From Eledone cirrhosa (lineage: Eukaryota), in the NCBI GenBank assembly GCA_964016885.1, contig OZ024743.1:352904001-352968000 (forward strand): a stretch of DNA of 64,000 bases, given 5' to 3'. Positions 50,401-62,199 of this stretch are shown here, piece after piece. Position numbers and translations under genes: made by a program. The notes under the pieces were generated by a model, which worked only from the letters and a program-made list of their open reading frames with translations, did no database searches and had not been told where the DNA came from. The number at the start of each line of letters is the position of its first letter. Within the stretch, counting starts at the first letter, position 1.

Positions 50401-53341
50401 ACCACAGCAAACACAGAAAGCACCAACACCCCAACAGCAGACACAATACACAGCCATAGACACACACATAAAAATAATAGAAATCACCCTAAAAAATTAC
50501 ATGACATTAAAAAAAATGTTCCCCACGTCAATTGGAGACTACCGAGGGAACATCACTAAAAGAATATTCACAGACATTCTCGTGGAGAAACCCGCCACTG
50601 GTCGGAGGGATGGATCACCCATCCCCTTCCTAAAAAAGAGCCACAGGTAAAGTTTTTTTTTTTACTTTTCTCCTCTCACTTGTTTTTTTCCTATCCTAGC
50701 CAACATGGCTTCTCTCAGGATAGGTAGCATAAATGCACGTGGCCTGGGGTCGTCTTGGAAGCAGGGCCACCAGCTCAGGTCGCTAAACATAGATGTGGTG
50801 GCCATCAGCGTGACCAGAATCTCCGAAGCACGGGAATTCGCACCCATTTTCGGCGGCTACGAGGTGTACACATCTCCAAGCCACCTCGGATCGGGGGGGG
50901 GGGGGGCTGTGTTGTTCCGGAGAAGTCTGGATCTCGAAATACTTGGACCCAGAAGGTAAGTTGGTGGTGCTGAGCGTGACCAGCGGAGAAAGGCAAGCTT
51001 TCAGGCTAGTGGCCGTCTATTCCCCACCAGGAGCAAGACGGCCTGACTTCTTCCGGCGTCTGGAGATCTTTTTTGGAACGTCCGGCTCTTTAGTGTTAGT
51101 GGGCGACTGGAACGGGATCTTAGATGCACGCTGGAACTGTGTGGGATTAGCGGCGCGGATAGGAGAGGAGGGTGTAAAAGCCTCGCAAACCTGCTCAGAC
51201 CTTTCCAACTGTCTGACAAGTACCGTTTGGATTTCCCAAATGTGCCAATGTGGACTTGGACAAACCTTATCGGGTCATGAAGATCATATCTAGATAGGGT
51301 ATTTTGTAGGGAAATAGATAGGTCTAGCATAGGCTGTCCACAATTCAAGATAGTCAACTACACGGACCACAAATTCGTGATCTGTGTGGTTGACTTAGAT
51401 AGGCTTCATAGACAGGGACCCGGATACTGGAAGCTAAACGCGTTGTTAACAGCGTGCAAAGCTTACAGAGACCGGATTAGCGAATTAGTTAAGCGGGCAT
51501 TGACGGGGGCCATCGACAACAAAAATGGTGGTTGGCCCTGAAAAGAGCGATTAGAATAGAGTCCATTAGGTTTAGTAAGGCGTTAGCAATGGAGAAAAAT
51601 AGAGCAGAGGGAGAACTAGTTAGCTAATTAGACGAGGCGCTTAGTAAAGGCATCGCCATCGACGTGCTTGCGGCGAAATTAGCCCTCGACCAATTTTTCA
51701 ATGCAAAGCACGAAGGCTGTGGTGTCAGTGCTAGGGCGCGTGCTCTCAGAAACGAGCGGACGAAAGCCGTTCGATGGGTCCGAGTGGCTGAGACACGTCG
51801 TAGCAACAAAGCCACGATCCGGTCATTGGTGGACCATGACGGGCGCATGTTACTCGATCCCGGGAAAATGTGTGCGGCTTTTCAGCGACACATTGCTCAG
51901 CTGTTCGGGGGCAGCGGCGGGCCGGATCGCGGGATGGACTTTAATGCCTACCTCGACGGACTGCCGCGGCTCTCAGCCACTGAGGCGGAGTGTTGCGAAA
52001 AGCCGATAGCAGCCGCTGAAGTACGGGAGTCAATGACTGGCTGCACAATGGGTAAATCGCCTGGTTTGGATGGTCTGCCCTACGAACTTTACGTACATAT
52101 GCCAGACTTGTTCGGAGACCTCTTGGCGGACGTCTATTGCAACTGGCAGCAGAACGGGAGAATTCCCAGCTCTGTGAGCCGACGAGCGGTGCCGCTGCTG
52201 AGAAAGGATCCGAACAAGGGGGGTAACATAGATAATTTCAGGCCCATAATTCTGCTAAACACAGAGTTCAACATTTTGGCCAAGGTGCTAGCAAAGAGGT
52301 TGGCGCTTGTCGTCGGCGGTCTGGTGGGAGAGGCGCAGACATGGGCTATTCCAGCCAGATCCATCCTCGACAACCTCCACCTCATGCGATACATCGTAGA
52401 GAGGGTAGCTAGGGAACCTGGAACGGGTGGGTCCTTGATCAATTTAGATCAGTCGAAAGCCATCGTTATCTGGCGGCAGTCCTGAGAGCGGCAGGCTTTG
52501 GGCCCGTCTTCAAAGGCTGGATCGCTGCCATGCACAGCGACATCTACTCTGTGGTGAGAGTGAACGGTCACCTTTCGGAACCGTTCAACATCATGCGCTC
52601 GGTCCGCCAAGGATGTCCCCTCTCGTCCCTCTTGTACGTATTGACTCTCGAGCCATTACTGCACAAACTGGAGACGTTGAGGGGAGTCCCGCGCGAACTG
52701 GGATGCGGAAGAACTGTGTCAGCATATGCAGACGACGTCACCCTAGTGGTGTCGAACGCCAAACACATCGAGGCGATCGGCACTACACTAAGAGAATACA
52801 AGGCGGTGACAGGAGCAAAGATCAACCAAGAAAAGTCGGTGGGCCTGCAACTCGGCACCTGGAGAGACAGGTCCATGCCGTCGACAGCATCGCCGGGTGC
52901 TGGACGGATAGGCGGACCGGTTAAATTGCTAGGGGTCTGGTTCGGTCCGGACCTCCAGGCGGACAAAAGCTGGGACTAGGTGACGAGCAGGGTGGCCTCT
53001 CTCACCCAGAAATGGGCCGAGAGGAAGCTATCCCTGAAAGGTCGAGTGGAGGTGGCGAACGCGTACATCGCGTCCGTCATCTACTACTGCCTGACCGTCG
53101 TGCCTTGTCTTAAGCCTCACCTGACTCTGCTGGAACATTTGCTCTTTTGCTTTTTGTGGAAGGGACGTACTCCGATGGTTAGGCGGTCCATTGCTGTCAA
53201 CACCCGCTACGCGGAGGGCTGGGCATGCCGTGGTTGATGATGCACAGACATGCGCTCAGGCTACGGCATCTCCACCTCTTCCTCGACGGTGATCAGGTGT
53301 GGTTGCCGTTTGCTAGAAGTGTGTTTCCCCAGCTCGTCTCC
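47424..53341 (+). mobile_element. Tx1-like copy 8, type C 5' cassette, older and 3'-truncated
   Basis: Starts ggtcgctgaagc. ORF1 remnant 47637-50650 is homologous to A/B (LCSVSYRT..VERAT, CHGCGDKTHLKAF). ORF2 runs from 50705 (MASLRIGSINARG) and ends abruptly at 53341. Confidence 0.9.
47976..48943 (+). mobile_element. 5'-truncated I-group (Nimb/Ingi/I-like) LINE fragment with RNase H and CCHC, nested in the type C ORF1
   Basis: VYTD..GAG, SSFHSE, ICDCKSLV, WVPGHCSIKGNELAD, RFRSGH, CRLC..ESSEHLWMRC. Apparent 10-bp TSD aacagcagca at 47966-47975 and 48944-48953. Confidence 0.88.
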
Positions 53342-53476
53342 TAGCAAATTTTCTAAGGCAAGATTCTTTTTATATCTTGGCAATTTAACATTCTTCATAG
53401 CGCATTGTTTTGATTTTCAAATTTTAAATTTTGTGTTTCCTATTCAACAATGCTTCAAGCAAGCTACAAAACTCTG

Positions 53477-53477
<1 letters not shown>

Positions 53478-53522
<45 letters not shown>
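53478..53522. repeat. (TA)n microsatellite
   Basis: Dinucleotide run. Confidence 0.95.
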
Positions 53523-53527
<5 letters not shown>

Positions 53528-53643
53528 CATACTTAAGGTAAACATTGACGGAATACATGCACATGAGCACGTACATACTGACACATACATTAACACACAT
53601 ACACATACACGCACACGTAATGTATCTTTATGTATGTATGTAT

Positions 53644-55640
53644 ATCATTCCAGAAAGTCCTGTGAAAGTAACTCTCGCAGAACCTCCGACGCTTGTGGAG
53701 GTTTTAGTGGCTATCTCGAAGGTGAACAGTGGAAGGTCACCATGTATGGATGGCATACATGCTGAGCTCCTACAATATGGTGGTGAGAGACTCCTGCAAC
53801 ATCTTCACTCTTTGTTTGGCAGGATATGGGCTAATGAATCCGTACCTGGGGACTGGAGAGATGCAGTAATGGTGGTCTTGTACAAGGGAAAGGGTAACAG
53901 GAATGATTGTGGGAACTACAGAGGTATATCATTGCTTTCTGTCGTAGGGAAAGTTTTATGTAAGGTGCCTCTGGACCGTCTGCTGACACACATTGCAGAT
54001 TGTGTTCTTCCTGAAAGTCAATCTGGTTTTCGTGCTGGACTCGGCACTACTGATATGATCTTCTCAGCTAGACAGCTCCAGGAGAAGTACATGGAACAAG
54101 GTTTGGATCTGTATCAGGTTCTTGTCGATCTGACAAAAGCTTTCGATACTGTTAAATGCATTATGGAAGGTTCTCCAGAAACTTGGTTGCCCTGATAAGT
54201 TCCTTGCTTTAGTTAGGTCTTTCCATGACGACATGAAGGCTTGGGTTAATGTCGGAGGTAACATGTCGGAGCCTATCTCAGTAAAAAATGGAGTGAAACA
54301 GGGGGATATTCCAGCACCGACCCTGTTTGCCATATACTTTGCAATGGTTTTCTGTATTGCATTCAGGAATTGCGAGCATGGTGTTTACATCCGATATCGA
54401 ACCTCAGGCAGCATATTTAACATCAGGCGCTTTGCTGCAAAGACAAACGTATTTACATCAATCATAAGATAGCTCTTGTATGCAGATGATTGCGATCTTG
54501 TAGCGCACACAGAGAGTGATATGCAGCACATTTTCAATGCATTTTCTGATGCTTACACTGCCCTAGAATTGAATGTCAGCCTTAAGAAAACCGTCGTCAT
54601 GTACCAACCTGTCCCTGGTAAGCAGTACAGTGAACCAAATATCTATGTGTATGGTAAACGACTTGGAGTGGTTGATCAGTTTGTCTACCTGGGAAGCACT
54701 GTCAATCGATACAGCAACCTTGATAGTGAAATCTCACTTAGGATTAGGAAAGCAAGTGATGCTTTTGGAAAGCTAGAAAGGCGACTCTGGGGTCGGCGAG
54801 ACATATACAAGAAGACAAAGGTAAAGGTGTACAAGGCATGTGTGCTCTCTTCTCTTCTTTATGCCTGCGAGACCTGGGTCACATATCGACACCACCTTAA
54901 GCAATTGGAGCGTTTCCATCAGATGTGTCTCAGACGGATCCATGCGTTCACTGGAGGGACCACATCAGTGATGTCGAGATTTTGGAAAGCTCTATGTGTG
55001 ACAGTATAGAAGCTCTTGTGCTTAAGCAACGACTCCGTTGGAGTGGTCACCTTGCCAGGATGAAGGATTCTAGAATACCAAAACAACTCTTTTATGGAGA
55101 GTTAGTTAAAGGAAAACGACCGCCACATAAACCAAAAAAGAGGTATAAGGATTCTTTGAAAGCCTCTTTGAAAGTCGCTAACATCTCTGCTGATACATGG
55201 GAAAATATTGCTGCTGATCGTAATAAATGGAGAAAGACTGTCTATGAGGGAAAATTGCCTTTGAAGCATCTCGAATCGCATACGAGAAAGTAAAGCGGGA
55301 TGTGAGGAAGGGATGTGCAGCGTCTGTGCGAGACTCTGCCTAACCAAAGCTGGACTCGAAAGTCATCTTCGCAGTCATAAAATAAGACCAGTGGTTGACT
55401 ACCAGGCTGCTGTTGGAGATGCTACTCAACATGCTTGCCAAGCATGTGGTAGAGAATGTAAATCAGCAGGAGGGCTCAAACGACATGCAAAAGTACATGA
55501 ACTCCAACCACAGCCGGCTATTCCCAGTGAATGTTTTGGTTGCCGACTCTGTGCAAGACATTTTAGATCATTGGCTGGGCTAAAAAGCCACATTCGATCG
55601 CAGTGCTGTTAGTTGCTATCGCGTGTGTGTGTGTGTGTAT
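53644..55640 (+). mobile_element. 5'-truncated RTE-clade (BovB-like) LINE with C-terminal C2H2 fingers and (GT)n tail
   Basis: DGIHAELL, NYRGISLLSVVGKV, PESQSGFR, DLTKAFDTV, GVKQGD..APTLF, YADD, YLGS, RLRWSGHLARM. Frameshifted. Confidence 0.9.
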
Positions 55641-55874
55641 AGATATGTTTATGTGTGTGTATATATATATATGTATATTATTATTGTTGTTGTTGTCGTT
55701 ATTATTATTGTTATTATTATTATTGTATTATTGTATTAATGTGTATATATATATATATACTTAAGGTAAGCATTGATGCAATTCAATTCAAGACTCAACG
55801 TACTTTTTCCACATAGGAGTGACGGAGTATATATCGAATAAGAAAGCGAAGTAATTTCAGATGTTAAAGTCCTT

Positions 55875-56060
55875 TAATAATAATTGTTTATACTTTTGGC
55901 ACAAGGCCAGCAATTACCCAGTGCATTACTGGTACTTTATTTTATCGACCCCGTAAGGTTGAAAGGCAAAGTTAACCTCGGCGGGATTTGAACTCAGAAT
56001 GGCAAGGACCGTAACTCTATGCGTCAAAGCAAGGCGTCTGACCCTCTACCGATACTGCCA
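55875..56060 (-). mobile_element. SINE family 1, near full length
   Basis: Reverse complement of 37292-37490. Confidence 0.9.
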
Positions 56061-56326
56061 AATAATAATGCTGTGATACATATTTCAATGACAACAGTGG
56101 CCACACGGTTCGGTGCGCCCAGTGCCGTGACATCATCACACAGCTTGTTACATAATAAGGTTATGTTTCCGAGGCAATCCAAATTGAATCGACATGGGAA
56201 CGGACCAAGCGTGTGCTCTTGAGTTCTTCGCCCATTCCCCCACCGGTCTGCGCAGGCGGTCTGTGCTGTGTTTGGAAAAAAATATTTATGTTGCAAACAC
56301 GATCATACACACACGCGTGCGCGCGT

Positions 56327-56516
<190 letters not shown>

Positions 56517-56651
56517 TGTTTTATGTGTTTTGATATGGTTTATGTGAGTAAATTACTTAATACTCGTTTGTGGTAAAGTGTATAGAGTTAGATGGATATG
56601 CCAGATAGACTTGACAAACGGACGAAGCGTCGGACAGACAGACGGATGGAT

Positions 56652-56655
<4 letters not shown>

Positions 56656-56732
<77 letters not shown>
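56656..56732. repeat. (GA)n microsatellite
   Basis: Perfect run. Confidence 0.97.
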
Positions 56733-56736
<4 letters not shown>

Positions 56737-56877
56737 CAGACGGGTTGGTAGGTAGATGGAAAGACAGATAGATAATAAGTCTTCCGTCTGAAACTATTAC
56801 ATATTTCCTTGAATTCAAGATTATTTTTTGATAGCCAAGAGAGTAAAATATGTGAGTGTACGTATATATATATATAA

Positions 56878-57470
56878 ATAGCATAAGATGTACAGAGGGT
56901 ACTTACCGAAACATGAAAACGACATACATAGGTGAGACAGCTCGGAGTATAGGGTAGAGACTACTAGACAAACACTTGGGTGAACTAAAAGGACGAAAAG
57001 ACGGTTCGGTGCTATATGAACATGCCAGACTAAGACATGATGGTAATATAGACAACATAGAAATTAAAATAATATCTAAACATAGAAATGACTGAACAGG
57101 TAGGCAAATCAGAGAAGCAACTGAAATAGAACTGAGAAAACCGAAGTTGAACAGAAAAAATGAATGGAATAACAACAACCATGCACAAACACACAATACT
57201 GAACTAAGATAAATATAAATAAATATACACAAGTACTATAACAACAACCACACATAAACACACACTAGTGATCCAAGAAAGAATAAAAACATACACAGAC
57301 ACGAACACACACCAAACAGAAAACTCACACACAAACGCATGCGCAGAGACAAGAATAAATAAATAAATAAAAATAAATAATAGAATAGACAATACAATAC
57401 AACGGGAGGAAACATAAATAGTACCACTGATGATGCCACAGGTGTGTGATGAAAGAACTTTGAAGGACTA
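56878..57470 (+). mobile_element. Penelope-like element 3' fragment (GIY-YIG endonuclease remnant and 3' region)
   Basis: SIRCTEG..TYIGETARSIG*RL..SVLYEHA..RQIREA..LNRKNEW. Paralogous to 62580-62771. A decayed CTGATGA..GAAA motif lies at 57427-57460. Confidence 0.82.
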
Positions 57471-57589
57471 TATATATATATATTTATATCTATATTTTTA
57501 AACGTTGGTTAATCAATCATAAACATTGATTGCCATCTAAATTAACTATAGAGATATAAAAGCGAAAACTAATTCAAACCTTTTATGAT

Positions 57590-57728
57590 CTGAGTTCAAA
57601 TCCCGCCGAGGTTAACTTTGCCTTTCATCCTTACAGGGTCGATAAAATAAAGCACCAGTAACGTACTGGGGTCGATTTAATCGACTTTCCCCTCGCCCCA
57701 AATTACTAGCCTAGAAATCATTATTATT
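57590..57728 (+). mobile_element. SINE family 1 fragment (variant 3' part)
   Basis: tgagttcaaatcccgccgaggttaactttgcctttcatcc, ending in attattatt. Confidence 0.85.
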
Positions 57729-58776
57729 TCTGGCAATATTATAATAATATGACCCTCCCAAATATAACAATATATATATATCTTTAGGTTTGTTGGTTCA
57801 CCACTGGATAGAATTGGTCATTCCGTATGGTCAATCTTGGTGTAATATTGTGGAGAGTACTCAACGTAGTTCACCCGTCTTCGTTTGTGTAGTTGGTGGT
57901 GCGAATACGGAGTTAATTATAAATAAAATAACAGGAGGCTGGACTGGTGTAAATCTTTGAAAGGTTTATTATACTATGATCATTTCAATGACCGGGTTCC
58001 ATATGAATCCGGTGATATCATCAGGTATTGGAATATAACAAAGGAATATGTAAAAAACCATGGGTCCGAAAAATCAGAGACAGAGACAAAGAGGACGACT
58101 GACCAACTAGCTGCTTTCATCTCGGCCAGTCGCCCTCAAAGTGATGGCAACTCAATCTACTAATGACTCATCTGGTGAGGGGGCGAAGGCTTATAATGCA
58201 CTACCACCTCTCCGTCAAAGAAAAAGGGGAAGAAAGAAAGAAAGGAAGAAAGAAGAAAAAAAAAAGGAAGAAAGAAGTCAGCGTAAGGATCACACTACAG
58301 TCATGCTAGAAAATGCCGCGAAAAATGCTACTCCAAAGAATCTATATTTAACAAAGGCATATATAATGGGTGTCTGTATGGTCTAATGTGTGAACCGAAA
58401 AATTGGAACGTTAAACTTATGTTACGAGTTATAGGATGAAATTAAATTAAAAAATATTAAATTGCAAAATAATAAATTGAAAAATAAATTATTAGAAAAT
58501 TAAAGGTTAAGGTAGCGTGATTTATTTAATGAACTTACAGAGAGAGTCTTATATGAAAAAATTAATCTCGATAAGATATCAGGATGGGATATAGAGTAAA
58601 GATTTCGATTGTGAATTCCAACCAGCAGCTCCTAACCATGAGTCAGCCAGTTTCGAGTGGTATCGTCCAGCGAAAGAAATGAAAATTAATTTTTCCGAGT
58701 ACTCTAGGAACATAGCTACCTTAGGCCCCGGGAGTGCTAGCGGGAAGTCTACAATTTCGACAGGCCATCGTCTATA

Positions 58777-59658
58777 CCAAACGAATATTATTAATTCACC
58801 ATGCTTTGCAGCACAGTTACGTCCCTTTACGGACTGAGTTCAAATTTCGCCGAGGTTAACTTTGCCTTTCATCCTTACGGGGTCGATAAAATAAAGTACC
58901 AGTAATGCACTAGGTAATTGCTGGCCTTGTGCCTAAAGTAGAAACAATTATTAATTCACACATGAGGGGTTTATTTACGTGCCAGTAGAGGCATGATACA
59001 GCTAACAGTTATGCCTAAACCTGGAGTTTATAGGTATAAGTATAATATGGCAGCCAAAACAGGCGGCGCAGTGGGACCGGGGAAAAGCAATCCGCTCCGA
59101 GTAATTTCGTTTACTACATCCCTAGCTATTTACTTTTATTAATTTTTTATTAATTTATTAATGTATTTTTATCAATGTATTCTTTATCTTTGTATTTTAT
59201 CTTTATCTTTGTGTTTTATCTTTGTATCCTGCTTTTATTATTTTTTTGAAACTTTCCTTACTCAGGTCATTATGCACCTTTCATAGCCCCCTACCCACCA
59301 AAGAACCACACTACTTATAACCCGGACTAACTGGGACTTTAAAATAATTATGGTCTATTTGCACTTTTCATTGGGTTGCTACCTTCGACTTGTGTGGTGG
59401 GTTTTCGCGGCTGCGCGCTGGGCACTCGGAAAGTTCAGCCTTCCTCGAGTGCTTGGAAAAATAAATTTCCCCTCTTTCGGTAAACGAAATTACTCGGAGC
59501 GGGTTGCTTTGCCTCGGGCCCGCCGCGCCGCCTGTTTTAAACCGCCATATTATATTTATACCTATAAACTCCAGGTTTAGGCATAACTGTTAGCTGTATT
59601 ATGCCTCTACTGGCACGTAAATAAACCCCTCATGTGTGAATTAATAATATTCGTTTGG
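58777..59658. mobile_element. MITE / non-autonomous DNA transposon with ~180-bp imperfect TIRs and TA target duplication (Tc1/mariner-type)
   Basis: ta|ccaaacgaatattattaattcac...gtgaattaataatattcgtttgg|ta. 58947-59115 is the inverse of 59480-59648. Confidence 0.82.
58800..58946 (+). mobile_element. 5'-truncated SINE family 1 inserted in the left TIR of the MITE
   Basis: 13-bp TSD attattaattcac at 58787-58799 and 58947-58959. Confidence 0.88.
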
Positions 59659-59689
59659 TATGTGTATGTGTGTGTCTGTGTCTGTGATT

Positions 59690-60005
59690 GTGCATGGCTT
59701 TGTGGTTGAATGTTCGGTTGACAATCTTATGGTTGTGAGTTCGATTCCCAGTGGCGCGTTGTGGTCTTCAGCAAAATATTTTATTTCGTGTTGCGCCGTC
59801 TCTGCTCAACTGGAAAAAGAAAATAAGTTATGTCTGTAATTCAAAAGGCCAGCGCTGTTACACATTGAGTCACGGTGAATCTCACTGAAAATTACGTTAA
59901 GAATACACATGTCTGGAGAATGCTCAGCCACTTGAACGTTAATTTCATGAGCAGGCTATTTGGTTGATCAAATCAACTGGAAGACTCGTTGTCAGAACTT
60001 CCGGA
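59690..60005 (+). mobile_element. Degenerate tRNA-derived SINE family 2 (CORE-like centre)
   Basis: tggctttgtggtt (A box) and gagttcgattccc (B box), then gcgttgtggtcttcagcaaaatattttatttc. Boundaries are approximate. Confidence 0.65.
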
Positions 60006-60428
60006 GGGCTCACGACCAACATAAGTGGGGTGTGCCATATGCAGTATGTGGTTGCGTGCATATGTTTATTCAAGAAACCTCAAATGCAGAATCTTCTCTG
60101 TACCACTAATCAATTGGATTTGAAGGGTGTGAATTAGTTTGCTTTGTTCTTTCTTTGAAAAACCTCCAGTATGTCCAGGGTTTTATGTAAACCAGTAAAG
60201 TATATAGACCAGAGCACCCATAATAATCGGTCCATATAAGAATTTGTAGCATGTATGCATTTTTTATGTTTGTATGTGTGTCAAATGTTACTTTAATAAG
60301 TAGTCGTAACACTCTTAGAACATGAAGAAACGACTATTGTATATTCTTTATCTTGGTAATCTATTGACTCATTGGAAGCTGCTAAATATACATGCTTGCA
60401 TTCACCTAAATATACATACGTATACATA

Positions 60429-60433
<5 letters not shown>

Positions 60434-60525
<92 letters not shown>

Positions 60526-60536
60526 CATATATATAT

Positions 60537-60600
<64 letters not shown>
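60434..60600. repeat. Compound (CT)n(AT)n(AC)n microsatellite
   Basis: Visible runs. Confidence 0.95.
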
Positions 60601-60604
<4 letters not shown>

Positions 60605-61049
60605 AAATACAAAGAAAAAACAAAAACAAACGAAAGACACACAAGTCAAAGGTCTTCAGCCGTCGAGATGGTCTTTAGCAGTTTCGACCTCTACTGACAG
60701 TATTGCTGGTTCACCCGGGGTCGCAGCGTCTGACACAAGCCAATGCGCTGTCTGTGGAGTAAAAGACAAGACAAATTAACTTACAGCAATTAATCCGTAA
60801 CAGGTACACATAGAATTGTATGTGCCGACTGGGAGAAAGTATTGTACTTTTTATAGTAACGATGGTTTCGGGAGATTAAAAAAAAAAGGAGATAAAGAAA
60901 GAAAAAAGAAAAAGAAAGGAAAACAAGCAAGAAGAAGGAAATATATGTATATATATATATATAAGTATTGAAGTTTCCGTTGAAATTTGAAAAATTCATA
61001 GGAGTGAAGAGTGCTCTATGTAAGTACCAGAGCAAAATTTAATGTAAAC

Positions 61050-61090
<41 letters not shown>

Positions 61091-61796
61091 GCTGAAATGC
61101 TGTCTTTCCATATTGGAGGTTGGCCAGGGAGACAGAGCGGCTGGCAGAGAGGTAAAAGAGTGAATTGAATAAGTTAGTTATTTTTCTATCTATCAAAGTA
61201 ATCCTCTCTATCCACTTCCAATGCCATCATTGCATTAAATACCACCAACATAAGTACCACCTTTATCACCACTCCCACCAACACCACCAACGAAACCACA
61301 CGTAACCTAACTCCCGCTGAACCATCATAAAACACCACCACGACCGCCTCCTCCACTAAACCAAATTTGCACTACCAATTACGTCACTACCATGAGGGCC
61401 ACTATCACTCAATCCTCACCAACACCATTCCTATCAAGCTCCCACCACCTCCAAACAACAACACCACCACCACCACCACCACCACCACCACCACCACCAC
61501 GAAACCACTAACACAACCATCAACAGACCACACAGCCAAACAAAACTACTTTTAGCTAGTTCAGTCATACTTCTTCACCATATGCCTGCAGCTGTAATTG
61601 ATGTCTCTACAGTTCTGCTGTGAGGAAACATTATAAAGACTATATTCATCAGTCATACACACATACAGATGCACACACACACACATACACACACACACAC
61701 ACACACACCAACACACATATGCATATACGCGCGTATGCTGATAATTATATGTATGTATCTATACCTTTCATGACTGTATGTTTATGTATGTGTATA

Positions 61797-61859
<63 letters not shown>

Positions 61860-61862
<3 letters not shown>

Positions 61863-61971
61863 TTTTAATATAGATGAGATTCTACAGGATTAGAACTGTT
61901 TCATTCTTTAGAAATCATCAGAAATCATCAAACAGTTCTAATCCTGTAGAATCTCATCTATATTAAAACTT
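61860..61971. repeat. Perfect 42-bp inverted repeat with a 28-nt spacer
   Basis: 61860-61901 is the exact reverse complement of 61930-61971. Confidence 0.95.
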
Positions 61972-62037
61972 TTATACTCTGCAATGTATTGAGTACCTTA
62001 CTTACTGTGGTTACCTCCGATTCAACCCGGAATAACG

Positions 62038-62068
<31 letters not shown>

Positions 62069-62199
62069 ATACTTTGGGAGGGTCATGTTGCCAATAAGAA
62101 ACACACGCACCAGTTGCTTTCACTTCAATTTATTATATATTTATAAATTTATAAATTTATAAATTTCTGGTTGGTTGGTTGGTTCCACAACCAGATAGT

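Noticed and set aside
6198-53341. Telomeric HeT-A/TART-like array
   Set aside because: There are no TTAGGG repeats and no sign of a chromosome end, and ordinary interspersed repeats flank the array. Chromosomal position cannot be judged from this window.
58506-58516. ttaaggtagc, matching the R2 insertion site in 28S rDNA
   Set aside because: Only 10 bp match, and no rDNA context exists in the window.
58540-58690. Possible BEL/Pao integrase remnant (EFQPAAPNH)
   Set aside because: Too short and degraded, with no LTRs or other domains to support it.
60106-60312. Possible host exon on the minus strand
   Set aside because: Short ORF with no recognisable domain or convincing splice context.
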